Origin: Dehalococcoidia bacterium
Lineage (GTDB): Bacteria; Chloroflexota; Dehalococcoidia; UBA2979
DNA length: 64,000 nucleotides
Assembly (NCBI GenBank): GCA_020634075.1
Contig: JACKCJ010000013.1
Span: 3,298-67,297, forward strand
Reading direction: 5' to 3'
The notes under the pieces are model-generated. The model was not told where the DNA came from, did not search any database, and saw nothing but the letters and a program-made list of their open reading frames with translations. Position numbers and translations under genes: made by a program. Positions 63,985 through 64,000 of the stretch are shown here, piece by piece (within the stretch, counting starts at the first letter, position 1; each line of letters opens with the position of its first letter).

Positions 63985-64000
63985 GTCCGGCCCTCACCCC

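Overview
This is a chromosomal window from a very GC-rich bacterium. Codon position 3 is almost always G/C, which also produces the many long Arg/Pro/Gly-rich shadow ORFs in the six-frame track. Several features point to a monoderm Terrabacteria lineage such as Chloroflexota or a deep-branching Actinomycetota-like group: FtsA together with FtsZ, RNase Y, a GAAC-N4-GTTC SOS box at recA, a class II RNR with NrdR, and Pro/Thr-rich envelope linkers. I cannot place it more precisely without a database search.

I call 64 protein-coding genes and one tRNA-Asp(GUC). I found no rRNA, CRISPR array, transposase or integrase.

Layout:
- 0-10 kb: three MFS transporters, a DsbB-like protein, MsrA, a YHS mini-protein, an M20 peptidase, an enoyl-CoA hydratase and a HIBADH-type dehydrogenase.
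- 10-15.4 kb: lipoprotein sortase, REC-only regulator, multi-PAS/GAF histidine kinase and a LuxR regulator.
- 15.4-18.8 kb: aa3-type cytochrome c oxidase operon (ctaC-ctaD-subunit IV-ctaE), followed by a cupredoxin-like membrane protein.
- 19-30.7 kb: accessory-looking envelope and hypothetical genes, namely Usp, a Fet4-like mini permease, an SH3b/3D wall protein, an M10 metalloprotease, a (PTPS)n repeat protein, an MFS transporter, UppS, a wHTH plus membrane pair, and a degenerate DLH-like protein.
- 30.7-34.1 kb: UvrA paralog, VOC protein and AraC regulator.
- 34.3-36.4 kb: an orphan Tat-lipoprotein SBP and tRNA-Asp.
- 36.8-44.5 kb: B-box membrane protein, PHP, RNase Y, RecX, RecA, DUF167, YggT, ProC and YggS.
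- 44.5-49.2 kb: MBL hydrolase, VapBC, NrdJ and NrdR.
- 49.4-64 kb: dcw cluster on the minus strand (ftsI-murF-mraY-murD-ftsW-murG-murC-ddl-ftsQ-ftsA-ftsZ).

I found no clear multi-gene novel system such as a defence island. The most unusual observations are:
1. A 224-codon acidic, disordered N-terminal extension on FtsZ, with a second SD+ATG at the canonical start.
2. murE missing from its canonical ftsI-murF slot.
3. A perfect 32-bp palindrome covering the vapB start codon.
4. An intrinsic terminator inside the short nrdR-nrdJ spacer.
5. A Cys-rich LuxR regulator and a cupredoxin-like protein flanking the oxidase operon.
6. An envelope cluster containing an unnamed tandem domain and a (PTPS)n repeat protein.

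All functional calls come from reading motifs by eye. No searches were run.
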